The notes under the pieces are model-generated. The model ran no database searches and had not been told where the DNA came from. It saw only the letters and a program-made list of their open reading frames with translations. Of a stretch of 64,000 bases of DNA, positions 37,246 to 45,927 are shown one piece after another (positions within the stretch are counted from its first letter, which is position 1; each line of letters opens with the position of its first letter). The stretch covers positions 202,523-266,522 of the forward strand of contig JAUSJO010000005.1 in assembly GCA_030647205.1 (NCBI GenBank), written 5' to 3'. The stretch is from a bacterium (GTDB taxonomy: Bacteria; Patescibacteriota; CPR2; UBA1875; JAJYID01). Both the position numbers and the translations under genes were made by a program.

Positions 37246-39576
37246 CTAGCCTTTTTTCTTCGAGAACCTAGTTCTTCTGCCTTTTTGTGACGGGCCATCG
37301 CTCATGATTTTTAGGACATCTTCATAAGTGAATTTTTCGATGTCTGTATCTTTTGGAATGCGGTAGTTATTTTTTCCTACTTTAAGGAATGCTCCCCATC
37401 GTCCTTTCAGGACTTGCGCTTCAGGATTTTCAGAGAAAATCTTCAGTATTCGTTCTTTATTCGCTTTTCTTTTTTCTTCAATAAGTTCTATTGCTCTATC
37501 TAACTCTATCGTCATCGGATCATCGCCGCTATCTTTACTTATAGAAGCAAAAAGTCCGTCATGGCTTACGTAAGGTCCAAATCTGCCGACATTTGCCACG
37601 ACATCTTTGTCTTCGTACTGTCCAACTACGCGAGGAAGCTTGAACAGATCCATAGCTTCTTCGAATGTAATAGTAAAAATGCTCTGGTCTTTTTGGAGTG
37701 AGGCGAACTTCGGTTTTTCTTCGTCCTCTGCTTTTCCTATCTGTACCATTGGTCCATATCGGCCGATGCGGGCGAATACTTCCTTGCCTGTCGCAGGGTC
37801 TACCCCTAGATTACGGCCTTCTTTTGGTGCCGGGGCTCCACTTTCTTTGGTTGACACGTTTTCTATCGCCGAGTGAAACGGTCCATAGAACTTTCCTATC
37901 ATCTTATCCCATTTCAGTTTTCCTTCGGCGACCTCATCAAACTCTTCCTCTACTGATGCGGTAAACCCATAGTTCATAACTTCATCAAAGTTGTCGACCA
38001 AAAAGTCAGTCACCAGCATGCCGACATCCGTTGGGAAAAGTTTTTGTTTTTCGGCACCCGTGGTTTCCTCTTTTGTTTCATAAGAAAATTTGCCATTTTT
38101 TAGCAACAGATAATCGTATTTTCTTATCTCTCCTTCACGGCTCTCTTTCACGATGTAGTTTCTTTTTTGAATTGTAGAAATGGTTGGCGCATAGGTAGAA
38201 GGACGGCCGATGCCAAGTTCTTCCATTTTTTTGACCAGACTTGCCTCAGTGTAGCGCGGCGGATGCAGTGTAAATCGCTGTGTAGCAAATATCTCATTAT
38301 ATTTTAACTGTTGCCCTACTTTCAAAACAGGCAGCAAACCTTCTTTACCCGTATCATTTTCATCATCATCTAGAGACTCTATATATACTTTTAGGAAACC
38401 GTCGAACTGGATCACTTCGCCTTCGGCAATAAACTCTTCTTTGCGGCCGGAAACGGTGATAGTTACCGTTGTGCGCTCAAGCCTAGCCTCAGCCATCTGC
38501 GATGCGAGTGTGCGCTTCCAGATAAGGCTGTATAGTTTTTCTTCAGAAAGGTCTGATCCGGCTTCCCTCACATTCATAACTGTGGGATGTATTGCCTCAT
38601 GAGCTTCTTGCGCTCCTTTGCTTTTTGTTACATATCTCGTAGGGCGCGAGTATTCTTTGCCAAAGCTTTTTACGATTTCATTTTCTGAAGCTGCTATCGC
38701 GGTCTCACTTAAGTTCACGCTATCCGTACGCATATAAGTAATGTGCCCGGCTTCGTACAGTTTTTGCGCCACTGACATAGTGCGCGCTACCGAGAAACCA
38801 AGTTTGCGGGCTGCTTCCTGTTGTAGGGTAGAAGTTGTAAATGGTGCTGACGGAGATTTCTTTGCAGGTTTCTTTACTAAATCGCGAATATCAAACTTAG
38901 CGTCTTTACAGGCGTTCAAGAAATCTTCTGCCTCTTGGCGTGAACTGAACTTTTTATTTAGCTCAGCTTTGAGTGTGGTATCACCTGCTTCAAAAAGCGC
39001 TGTTGTTTTGTAAAAAGATGTTGATTTGTGGTCTTGTATTTTCCTCTCACGTTCTACTATTAAACGGACGGCGACTGACTGAACACGACCGGCAGATAGA
39101 GATGGTTGTACCTTCTTCCACAGTACCGGAGACAGCTCATATCCGACTAGCCTGTCGAGGACCCTTCTTGCCTGCTGGGCATTGAAAAGATCTTCATTTA
39201 GCTTCCCAGGTTCCTGAATAGCTTTTTCAATAGCGCCCTTGGTGATCTCGTGGAATGTTATTCTTTTTGCATCTTTGTGCCCTATCATTTCTGCCACATG
39301 CCAGGCTATCGCCTCTCCTTCTCTATCCGGGTCAGTTGCGAGGTAGACTTGACCGGCTGACTTTGCCTCTTTTTTTATGATTGCGATATGATTTTTTGAC
39401 TTGTCTGGAATAATGTATTCCGGCTGGAAACCATGCTCAATGTCTACCCCCATTTTGCTTTTCGGTAAATCACGAATATGGCCATAGGTAGCCACAACCT
39501 TATATTCCGGTCCCAGATATTTTTCTATCGTGCTTGATTTTGCGGGTGACTCGACGATCACCAGATTTTTTGCCAT
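37246..39576 (-). CDS. topA: DNA topoisomerase I with C-terminal Toprim_C repeats
   Basis: LVIVESPAK, ATDPDREGEAI, SAGRVQS, ITYMRTDS, GIGRPSTYA; GRYGP/GRFGP/GRWG repeats instead of zinc ribbons. Confidence 0.98.
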   Translation of the reverse strand: MAKNLVIVESPAKSSTIEKYLGPEYKVVATYGHIRDLPKSKMGVDIEHGFQPEYIIPDKSKNHIAIIKKEAKSAGQVYLATDPDREGEAIAWHVAEMIGHKDAKRITFHEITKGAIEKAIQEPGKLNEDLFNAQQARRVLDRLVGYELSPVLWKKVQPSLSAGRVQSVAVRLIVERERKIQDHKSTSFYKTTALFEAGDTTLKAELNKKFSSRQEAEDFLNACKDAKFDIRDLVKKPAKKSPSAPFTTSTLQQEAARKLGFSVARTMSVAQKLYEAGHITYMRTDSVNLSETAIAASENEIVKSFGKEYSRPTRYVTKSKGAQEAHEAIHPTVMNVREAGSDLSEEKLYSLIWKRTLASQMAEARLERTTVTITVSGRKEEFIAEGEVIQFDGFLKVYIESLDDDENDTGKEGLLPVLKVGQQLKYNEIFATQRFTLHPPRYTEASLVKKMEELGIGRPSTYAPTISTIQKRNYIVKESREGEIRKYDYLLLKNGKFSYETKEETTGAEKQKLFPTDVGMLVTDFLVDNFDEVMNYGFTASVEEEFDEVAEGKLKWDKMIGKFYGPFHSAIENVSTKESGAPAPKEGRNLGVDPATGKEVFARIGRYGPMVQIGKAEDEEKPKFASLQKDQSIFTITFEEAMDLFKLPRVVGQYEDKDVVANVGRFGPYVSHDGLFASISKDSGDDPMTIELDRAIELIEEKRKANKERILKIFSENPEAQVLKGRWGAFLKVGKNNYRIPKDTDIEKFTYEDVLKIMSDGPSQKGRRTRFSKKKG

Positions 39577-39582
39577 AATATT

Positions 39583-40680
39583 TTAGTTTAAAATGTAAAC
39601 CATGCCTCCTAAGTTTTTTACTTTACCCTTTATTTCCATGAGCGTCAAGGTAGAAATAATTAGCTGGCTTTCTTTGCCGCTTCCTTTAATAATCTCATCA
39701 ATATGTTTTTCGCCATCTTCCAAAATACCAAAAACTGCGGCTTCATTTTCATTGGACGGTTTTGATTTAACTGTTCCATTTTTCGCCGTATGACCATAGA
39801 ACTCAAAAATGTCTTCTGCTTCGGTGATAAGATTTGCCCCCATTTTTAAGAGTTTGTTTGTTCCGCTTGATGACTCGCCAAAGATTGGTCCTGGGATTGC
39901 AAATACATCGCGGTTTTGCTCTAGTGCATCTCTTGCAGTAATTAAAGCACCAGACCTAATGTTGGCCTCGACTACTAGTATTCCCTGCGAAAGTCCGGAT
40001 ATAATCCTGTTTCGTGCCGGAAAATGTTGTTTTAGGGGTGGTTTTCCGGGCATATACTCACTTATTACAACCCCTCCAGACTCAATAATTTTCTTAAATA
40101 AGTTTGTGTTTGTTACCGGATAAGGTTTATCTAGGCCACAGCCGAGAACTGCTACCGTCTTTCCTTGTTCAAGAAGTGTTGTTTCGTGGACAAAAGTATC
40201 TACGCCAAGTGCCATGCCGCTCACAACTACATATCCCGCTTGAGCTAGACCTGAGACGATTTTTTCTGTAGCATTCTTGCCGTAGGTCGTGATCTTCCTA
40301 GACCCAACGACAGCGATGCTTGGCGCGCTCAAAACATCAATATTCCCCCTGTAGTATAGAACCACAGGCGGTGAAAATATCTCTTTCAAGAGTTTTGGAT
40401 AGTTGTCATCAAGAATTGTTAATGCTTTGATGTCTAGCCTCTGGAGACTTTCTACTAAAACATCAGGGTCTATAGCTTGTCGTTCCTTTAGAAGCTTTTC
40501 AACAAACACTTCTTGGCCAAGTCTTGCCCGCACTATGCTATCTGGCATTTCCCATAGTTCCTGGAATCTGAGACCGCTTTTTTGAATCTTTTCGAAACGT
40601 TTATTGCCAATGGTATTTAGCGCTTTATCGATCGCTAAAATGTACTTTATTTTATTAAAATTATGGTTATTTTTTGCCAT
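39583..40680 (-). CDS. dprA: DNA-processing protein DprA
   Basis: YPKLLKEI, IAVVGSR, VSGMALGVD, FPARNRIISGLS, SGALITA, C-terminal wHTH. Confidence 0.97.
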   Translation of the reverse strand: MAKNNHNFNKIKYILAIDKALNTIGNKRFEKIQKSGLRFQELWEMPDSIVRARLGQEVFVEKLLKERQAIDPDVLVESLQRLDIKALTILDDNYPKLLKEIFSPPVVLYYRGNIDVLSAPSIAVVGSRKITTYGKNATEKIVSGLAQAGYVVVSGMALGVDTFVHETTLLEQGKTVAVLGCGLDKPYPVTNTNLFKKIIESGGVVISEYMPGKPPLKQHFPARNRIISGLSQGILVVEANIRSGALITARDALEQNRDVFAIPGPIFGESSSGTNKLLKMGANLITEAEDIFEFYGHTAKNGTVKSKPSNENEAAVFGILEDGEKHIDEIIKGSGKESQLIISTLTLMEIKGKVKNLGGMVYILN

Positions 40681-40717
40681 TTTTGAGCACAATTCTTATG
40701 TTTTATCAAAAAAAGTG

Positions 40718-40746
40718 TTGACATAAGTTCTTTAATATGTTAATAT
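40718..40746 (+). promoter_or_regulatory. sigma70-type promoter of candidate sRNA
   Basis: TTGACA-N17-TAATAT with TG extension; no credible CDS downstream on +. Confidence 0.7.
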
Positions 40747-40752
40747 GTTCTA

Positions 40753-40980
40753 TCGTACCTTTAAAGCAGGTTCTAGGTAGGAACCTACTAACAAGTTCAG
40801 CTTTCTTAAATCACCCTCCTTTAAGTTGCTTGCTTGTTGGTAGGTTTCTCCCTACAACACGCCAGTCAGCATATTTGCAGTGACTTGGTAAAGTCTTTCG
40901 TGACAGATGTTGGAAATATGGGAGATTTTTTGAAAATTAGGAGAACTGATCCTTTAAGGAGTAGCTCTCCTAATTTTTTT
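40753..40980 (+). ncRNA. Candidate trans-acting sRNA with anti-SD-like apical loop
   Basis: Own promoter; 17-bp stem (40780-40796/40832-40848) with G-U pairs; loop UCACCCUCC; further hairpins; terminator at 40938-40980. Confidence 0.65.
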
Positions 40981-41536
40981 ATTCTATTTTCAATGTTTTT
41001 GGTTCTTTATCTCCTGACTTCAGTATCTCCCTGATTTCTTTCACACATAAATCTATAATTTCCTGCAATTTCCCCTCTTCATCTTTGCTAAATCTCTGCA
41101 AAACAAAATCCTCAGTTTCTATTTTTTCTAGCATTTCATTTTTTACACCGACTCGCAGTCTCAGGAAATCCTGAGTTCCGAGGTGGTTAATTATAGAGTC
41201 TATACCTTTGTGGCCGGCTGATGAACCGCCCTCTCTAACTCGAACTTCGCCGAACGGAATATCAACATCATCGTGGATTACCCAAATATTTTCCGGGGCA
41301 ACTTTATAGTAGTCAGCGAAAGACTTCACCGCTTCTCCGGATAGGTTCATAAATGTTTGAGGTTTCATTAGAACGGCGCTATCCTCATGCTCACAAATTT
41401 CTGCATTAAACTTTTTTTCGGGTTTGAACTCGTTCTCGCAAAGCGCATCTAAAACTAGAAAACCTGCATTGTGCCGTGTTTTCTCATATTTCGCGCCGGG
41501 ATTACCCAGGCCTACGATAAGCGTTTTTACTTTCAT
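40979..41536 (-). CDS. pth: Peptidyl-tRNA hydrolase
   Basis: LIVGLGNPG...TRHNAGF, KPQTFMNLSG, HDDVD, GHKG. Confidence 0.98.
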   Translation of the reverse strand: MKVKTLIVGLGNPGAKYEKTRHNAGFLVLDALCENEFKPEKKFNAEICEHEDSAVLMKPQTFMNLSGEAVKSFADYYKVAPENIWVIHDDVDIPFGEVRVREGGSSAGHKGIDSIINHLGTQDFLRLRVGVKNEMLEKIETEDFVLQRFSKDEEGKLQEIIDLCVKEIREILKSGDKEPKTLKIE

Positions 41537-41570
41537 AAATAACATTATAATGAATTTTTGTTATAAACAA

Positions 41571-41600
41571 AAGGGAAAGGCCCCGATAATATCGGGGCCT
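41571..41600 (-). terminator. Intrinsic terminator
   Basis: AGGCCCCGAT-AAT-ATCGGGGCCT hairpin with a pyrimidine tail on the minus strand. Confidence 0.75.
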
Positions 41601-41731
41601 CATTGGTGAGGAGTCAGCTTGGGCCGTAGAGTTCATATATCTACTATGCTCGAGCTGTCTCCTTTCGGCCTAGCTGGCCGAGAAGCTGCCTCTTCTATGC
41701 AACGAGAGGCAAACCTTTATACCCTGACTCT

Positions 41732-41986
41732 TTAGCTTTCAGGGATATTTTCAGGAACCTTGAAACGTCTTGCATGCACGTCCATACCAGCAATCCCTGC
41801 TGCACTGTTTTTTGCCCCCTTCATTTTCAGGCAAAACTCGCATGGACGGCTGACGGTGCCCGTTCCTTTGCATTTTGCGCAGCGTGAGTCGCGGCCTTGG
41901 CAGACTGGGCAAGTTGTTGTAACTACCCCGCCAACACAGTCAGTGTCAGTACACTGCATCGGAGTAGATGTCCTATATTCGGTCAT
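41732..41986 (-). CDS. Small Cys-rich protein with DnaJ-type CxxCxGxG-like zinc-finger repeats
   Basis: CPVCQG, CAKCKGTG, CEFC; GAGGGAG RBS. Confidence 0.7.
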   Translation of the reverse strand: MTEYRTSTPMQCTDTDCVGGVVTTTCPVCQGRDSRCAKCKGTGTVSRPCEFCLKMKGAKNSAAGIAGMDVHARRFKVPENIPES

Positions 41987-42084
41987 AATGTGCTCCCTCT
42001 TTTCGGGTTAAAAAAATCCTGCCCTCGCAGAACTTTTAGGTTTTCATAATTAAATCTTAAACGATCTTTTCACAAAAAGCAATC

Positions 42085-43467
42085 TTAGGATTTTGATTTC
42101 GCCCGAAAGTTAAGTCTTATAGGAGTGCCAGTGAAGTCCCATTTTTCGCGGATTCTGTTTTCCAAATATCTTTGATATGAAAAATGTACTTTGTCGGGAT
42201 AGTTTGCGAAAAAGACAAATGTCGGAGGATTTATGTCAGCTTGCGTGGCATACTTTATATTGACCTGATGCTTGTCGGTGCTGACCGGTGGTTTCTTTAG
42301 GATTACTTTATTGAAAAAGTCGTTTAGGTCACTCGTTGGTACTCTTGTTGCCCTTTTTTCTTTTATCTCTAAAATTAAATCTAAAACCTTACTGACGTTC
42401 TTTCCACTTATAGATGAAACAAAGATTAGCGGAGCATATGGTAGAAATTCAAACTTATATCGTGCCAGTCGGGTGAACGCTTCTGCTGTATCCCATGTAT
42501 GACCAACGCTTTTTTCTTTAAACAGGTCCGATTTGTTTACGACTATAATCACGCCATTCCTAGCGTCTTTGATATATCCTGCGATATGCATGTCTTGTGA
42601 GGTGATGCCGTCTGCAGCGTCAATGATTAAAATCGAGATATCTGACTCTTCAAGCGCTGTTTTTGTCCTGTCGGCTGAAAACTTCTCAACTATTCCGTCC
42701 CTACTCTTTCCTTGAACTTTCCCTATTTTTCCGCGACGTCTTAAGCCCGCAGTATCTAAAAAAGTAATATCTTCATCTTTATAGTTAATTACGGTGGAGT
42801 TCACGTCTCTAGTTGTGCCTGGTACTTCTGAGACGATAAACTTTTCCTCATCAATCAGCTTATTTAAAAATGATGATTTGCCGGCATTAGGTCTTCCAAC
42901 AATAGATACGCGGATACCGCTTTGCCCCTCATCCTTGATCGGCGTCGAAGGATCTTGAGATTTCTCGGCTTCGACCGGAGGGAGACAATCAGAAATTTTT
43001 TCTAAAATCTTGCTGGTCCCTTTGTTCTGAATCGCTGATACTTCTATCGGATCACCAAACCCTAGTTTGTAGAATTCGCTCGACTGCGCCACGCTCTTTA
43101 TGGTGTCAGCTTTATTTATAACTAAAATGGTTTCTTTCTTTAGTTTTCTTAAATACTCGGCAATTTTTTGGTCTTCTGCAGTAATGCCGGTAGATGCATC
43201 GACGACGAAAAATATCAGCTCTACTCCTGCTATATTTTGTTCGAACTGACTTTTTACTTTTTTCTTTAGTTCGTCTTTCAGCTCTTTCTCAACCCCGGCA
43301 GTGTCAGCAATACAAAAAGACCCATCCCCCAGTGAGATCGTGTGCTCGTTCCAGTCGCGGGTGGTTCCCGGGACGTCAGTTGTGATGGCCTGTTTTTTGC
43401 CGACTAGTCGATTAAATATCGAACTTTTTCCGACATTTGGGCGGCCGATAAGGGCTACTTTATACAT
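42085..43467 (-). CDS. der: Ribosome biogenesis GTPase Der (EngA)
   Basis: Two G-domains (GRPNVGKS, DTAG, NKAD; GRPNAGKS, DTAG, NKSD) and KH-like YQRYLENRIR. Confidence 0.98.
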   Translation of the reverse strand: MYKVALIGRPNVGKSSIFNRLVGKKQAITTDVPGTTRDWNEHTISLGDGSFCIADTAGVEKELKDELKKKVKSQFEQNIAGVELIFFVVDASTGITAEDQKIAEYLRKLKKETILVINKADTIKSVAQSSEFYKLGFGDPIEVSAIQNKGTSKILEKISDCLPPVEAEKSQDPSTPIKDEGQSGIRVSIVGRPNAGKSSFLNKLIDEEKFIVSEVPGTTRDVNSTVINYKDEDITFLDTAGLRRRGKIGKVQGKSRDGIVEKFSADRTKTALEESDISILIIDAADGITSQDMHIAGYIKDARNGVIIVVNKSDLFKEKSVGHTWDTAEAFTRLARYKFEFLPYAPLIFVSSISGKNVSKVLDLILEIKEKRATRVPTSDLNDFFNKVILKKPPVSTDKHQVNIKYATQADINPPTFVFFANYPDKVHFSYQRYLENRIREKWDFTGTPIRLNFRAKSKS

Positions 43468-43492
43468 ATTTTTTTATTAACTGCGTGAACAG

Positions 43493-44410
43493 TCACCAAT
43501 TATACACTAAATTGGACCATGTGAGAAGATTTCTTGTTTCATAGAAGCGGTCTCCGGCTCCAAGTATTACAAAAAGCACATCGTGGCCCTTCACTTTTGT
43601 CAGAGCTATGAGGCAGTCGCCGGCACCATTTGTGTGACCGGTTTTCACGCCAAACACGGTTGTACCATCGAGCAGGACATTCGTATTTTTGAGCGGATAT
43701 ATGTAACCTTCCTCTGATGTGAATGAAGCGCTGGAAGTTGAAACTATTTTTTTGAATTCCTCATTTTTCAGTAAGGTTCTTGCTAAGATTTGCAAATCAT
43801 TGCTCGATGCATAATTTCTCGTGCTGTCCCAACCGACCGGGTTATCATAGTGAGTATTTTTTAGCCCCAAGGCTTTTGCTTCCTCATTCATTTTATTTAT
43901 AAATTCATTATATCCGCCGGAATATAGATTATTTGCAATAGTTATCGCGGCGTCTGAGGCGGAGTTTATGAGGAGTGCTTTCAGTAAATTTCGATAAGAA
44001 ATTTCATCCCCTATCACAAGATTTGCCCGGGAGTCATCGGATCTCATTTTGGATAAATCGTTAACAGTTACTACTTTTGCTAGATTACCATCTTTTAAAA
44101 GCAGTCTCGCCGTCATCAACTTCGTAAGACTAGCAACCTCAACTGATGAATCTTTATTTTTCTCGAGCAGTACTTCGCCCGTTTCCATGTCTACCGCTTC
44201 ATAGTCATTAGCTCCAACACTTGGCGTATAGAATTTAGCTGTTTTATTTGGAAGCGGTGAAAAATCTATCAATGGAGGATTATTATTCGTAATTTGTTTT
44301 TTTTCTACTTTGACCTTATTTTCTAGATCTTTCTGCATATCCGAAACAAACGGAACTCCGTGTGGGATAATGTCGAGAAAGATTAAAGCAGCAACAATTA
44401 GAGTTTTCAT
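43493..44410 (-). CDS. D-alanyl-D-alanine carboxypeptidase family protein (peptidase S11)
   Basis: ASLTKLMT (SxxK), KTG; the SxN position reads SAS. Confidence 0.88.
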   Translation of the reverse strand: MKTLIVAALIFLDIIPHGVPFVSDMQKDLENKVKVEKKQITNNNPPLIDFSPLPNKTAKFYTPSVGANDYEAVDMETGEVLLEKNKDSSVEVASLTKLMTARLLLKDGNLAKVVTVNDLSKMRSDDSRANLVIGDEISYRNLLKALLINSASDAAITIANNLYSGGYNEFINKMNEEAKALGLKNTHYDNPVGWDSTRNYASSNDLQILARTLLKNEEFKKIVSTSSASFTSEEGYIYPLKNTNVLLDGTTVFGVKTGHTNGAGDCLIALTKVKGHDVLFVILGAGDRFYETRNLLTWSNLVYNW

Positions 44411-44445
44411 ATAAGTATTGTAGTTTTTTTGTAAGCAAAAAGAAA

Positions 44446-44467
44446 GAGACCCGACGAATCGGGTCTC
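44446..44467 (-). terminator. Intrinsic terminator
   Basis: GAGACCCGA-CGAA-TCGGGTCTC with a T-tract on the minus strand. Confidence 0.8.
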
Positions 44468-44488
44468 AGGTTTTGATATTCAGCTCGA

Positions 44489-45055
44489 TTATGACTCTTC
44501 GTAGAGCTTGTTAAGGTCAGCGATCTCATTTTCTCTTGCTTGTTGTGCTGAAGGGCTTACTGAAGGAAATGAAGCCGTACCTTTTTTGGGTTGCTTTGAG
44601 ACCTCTAGTGCCCTTTCCATGGCTGGCAATAGAATCTCTTTCCACCAGTCACTAAGCATCCTCGTTTGGTAGACTTGGGAACAAAAGTCGACTATCTTCA
44701 TTGCATCCCAAAGACCCCCCGGATTCCTTAAGATGGGGCTCTTGTCAAAGACTTCTTTCATTGCTTCGACGGCATCTGACCCTGCATGAGGGATAGAGTT
44801 AATAGCCGTTAATACTTTTAAACGAAAATCTAGATCGTTTTCCTTTGCCAGTTCGGCAGCTTTCTTGTAGGCCTTGATCCTATCGGTCCAAAAGCGACCA
44901 TATCTGCCCAGAGCAAAGAACTGTTCTTTTGTGACGCCATCGCTTTCAAGCACCTCATCAATAAACTTATTGATGATTTTCGTGTTGATCTTTGTTTCGT
45001 CGGTTTCTTCGGAGAAAGCTCCCATTTCTGCAAAGATTTGTGCCATCTTGTTCAC
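44489..45055 (-). CDS. Hypothetical protein
   Basis: 188 aa ORF, GGAGG RBS, upstream TATAAT and own terminator; no motif recognised. Confidence 0.7.
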   Translation of the reverse strand: MNKMAQIFAEMGAFSEETDETKINTKIINKFIDEVLESDGVTKEQFFALGRYGRFWTDRIKAYKKAAELAKENDLDFRLKVLTAINSIPHAGSDAVEAMKEVFDKSPILRNPGGLWDAMKIVDFCSQVYQTRMLSDWWKEILLPAMERALEVSKQPKKGTASFPSVSPSAQQARENEIADLNKLYEES

Positions 45056-45162
45056 TTATATCGCCTCCGGTTTTTTGCAGATATTAAAAAAAGAAGGTCC
45101 ACCCTCTTAAGCAGAATGATTATACCAAATTTTCATAAGAAGGTAAAATGCAATGAATATTT

Positions 45163-45822
45163 TTAAGGTAGGAAAGTTTTGTATTCCCCTTCTGCCAAGT
45201 CCTCTAGTTCAAAATCTTCAATCCGAATTCTTTTTAGCGTAATAACCTTTGCGCCAACGGCCTCTATCATCCTCCTGATCTGTCGGTTTTTGCCTTCGTG
45301 AATTATCATGGAATATTTTTTGCTGCCAGTCGCCTTGATTTTTGCCGGCGCTGTTTTGCCGTCTTCTAGTTCAACCCCGTGGCGCAGTTTGTCGAGCAAC
45401 TTTTCGGAAAGGAAATTGTCAGTTTCGACGATATACTCTTTTTCTTTTTCGTATTTCGGATGGGTCATTTTTTGCGCAAAATCGCCATCATTTGTTAATA
45501 TTATTAGCCCGGATGTATTTTTGTCTAAGCGTCCAACAGGAAAAACGGGTGGATCGTTCGGAACTAAATCTGTAATTATTTTTTTCGCGTGAGGATCGCT
45601 AGTAGTAGTTGTATATCCGACAGGTTTGTTTAACGCATAATAAACAAACTCTTGGGGAGCAATCATTTTTCCGTCTAAATAAACCTTGTCCGATTCGCCA
45701 ATCTGAGTACTTAAATCACGAGTTACTTCATCGTTCACTTTAACTTTTCCAGTCAAAACCAACTCTTCGGCTTTCCGTCGAGAGGTTTTAGTGCATGAAG
45801 CGATGTATTTATTGATACGCAT
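45163..45822 (-). CDS. rluB: RsuA/RluB-family pseudouridine synthase
   Basis: MRINKYIA, SRRKAE, NKPVG, PVGRLDKNTSGL, EGKNRQIRRM; close to scpAB. Confidence 0.88.
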   Translation of the reverse strand: MRINKYIASCTKTSRRKAEELVLTGKVKVNDEVTRDLSTQIGESDKVYLDGKMIAPQEFVYYALNKPVGYTTTTSDPHAKKIITDLVPNDPPVFPVGRLDKNTSGLIILTNDGDFAQKMTHPKYEKEKEYIVETDNFLSEKLLDKLRHGVELEDGKTAPAKIKATGSKKYSMIIHEGKNRQIRRMIEAVGAKVITLKRIRIEDFELEDLAEGEYKTFLP

Positions 45823-45927
45823 AAGGTAATTATACCCGTATAGCGCTACTCTGTCATCTTTATGGCGACTTGTTCAGTGTTTGGCAGCCAGTATTTATGA
45901 TATACTTTTAGGGTTAATACTTATGTT

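Noticed and set aside
40834-41034. 66-aa ORF as the product of the 40718 promoter, or a type I toxin
   Set aside because: The TTG start is buried in a stem with no RBS, and the ORF runs through the terminator into pth. The minus-strand AGGAGG is followed only by GTG-ATT-TAA.
41660-41700. Hammerhead ribozyme (GGCCGAAA on the minus strand)
   Set aside because: No CUGANGA core upstream of the stem.
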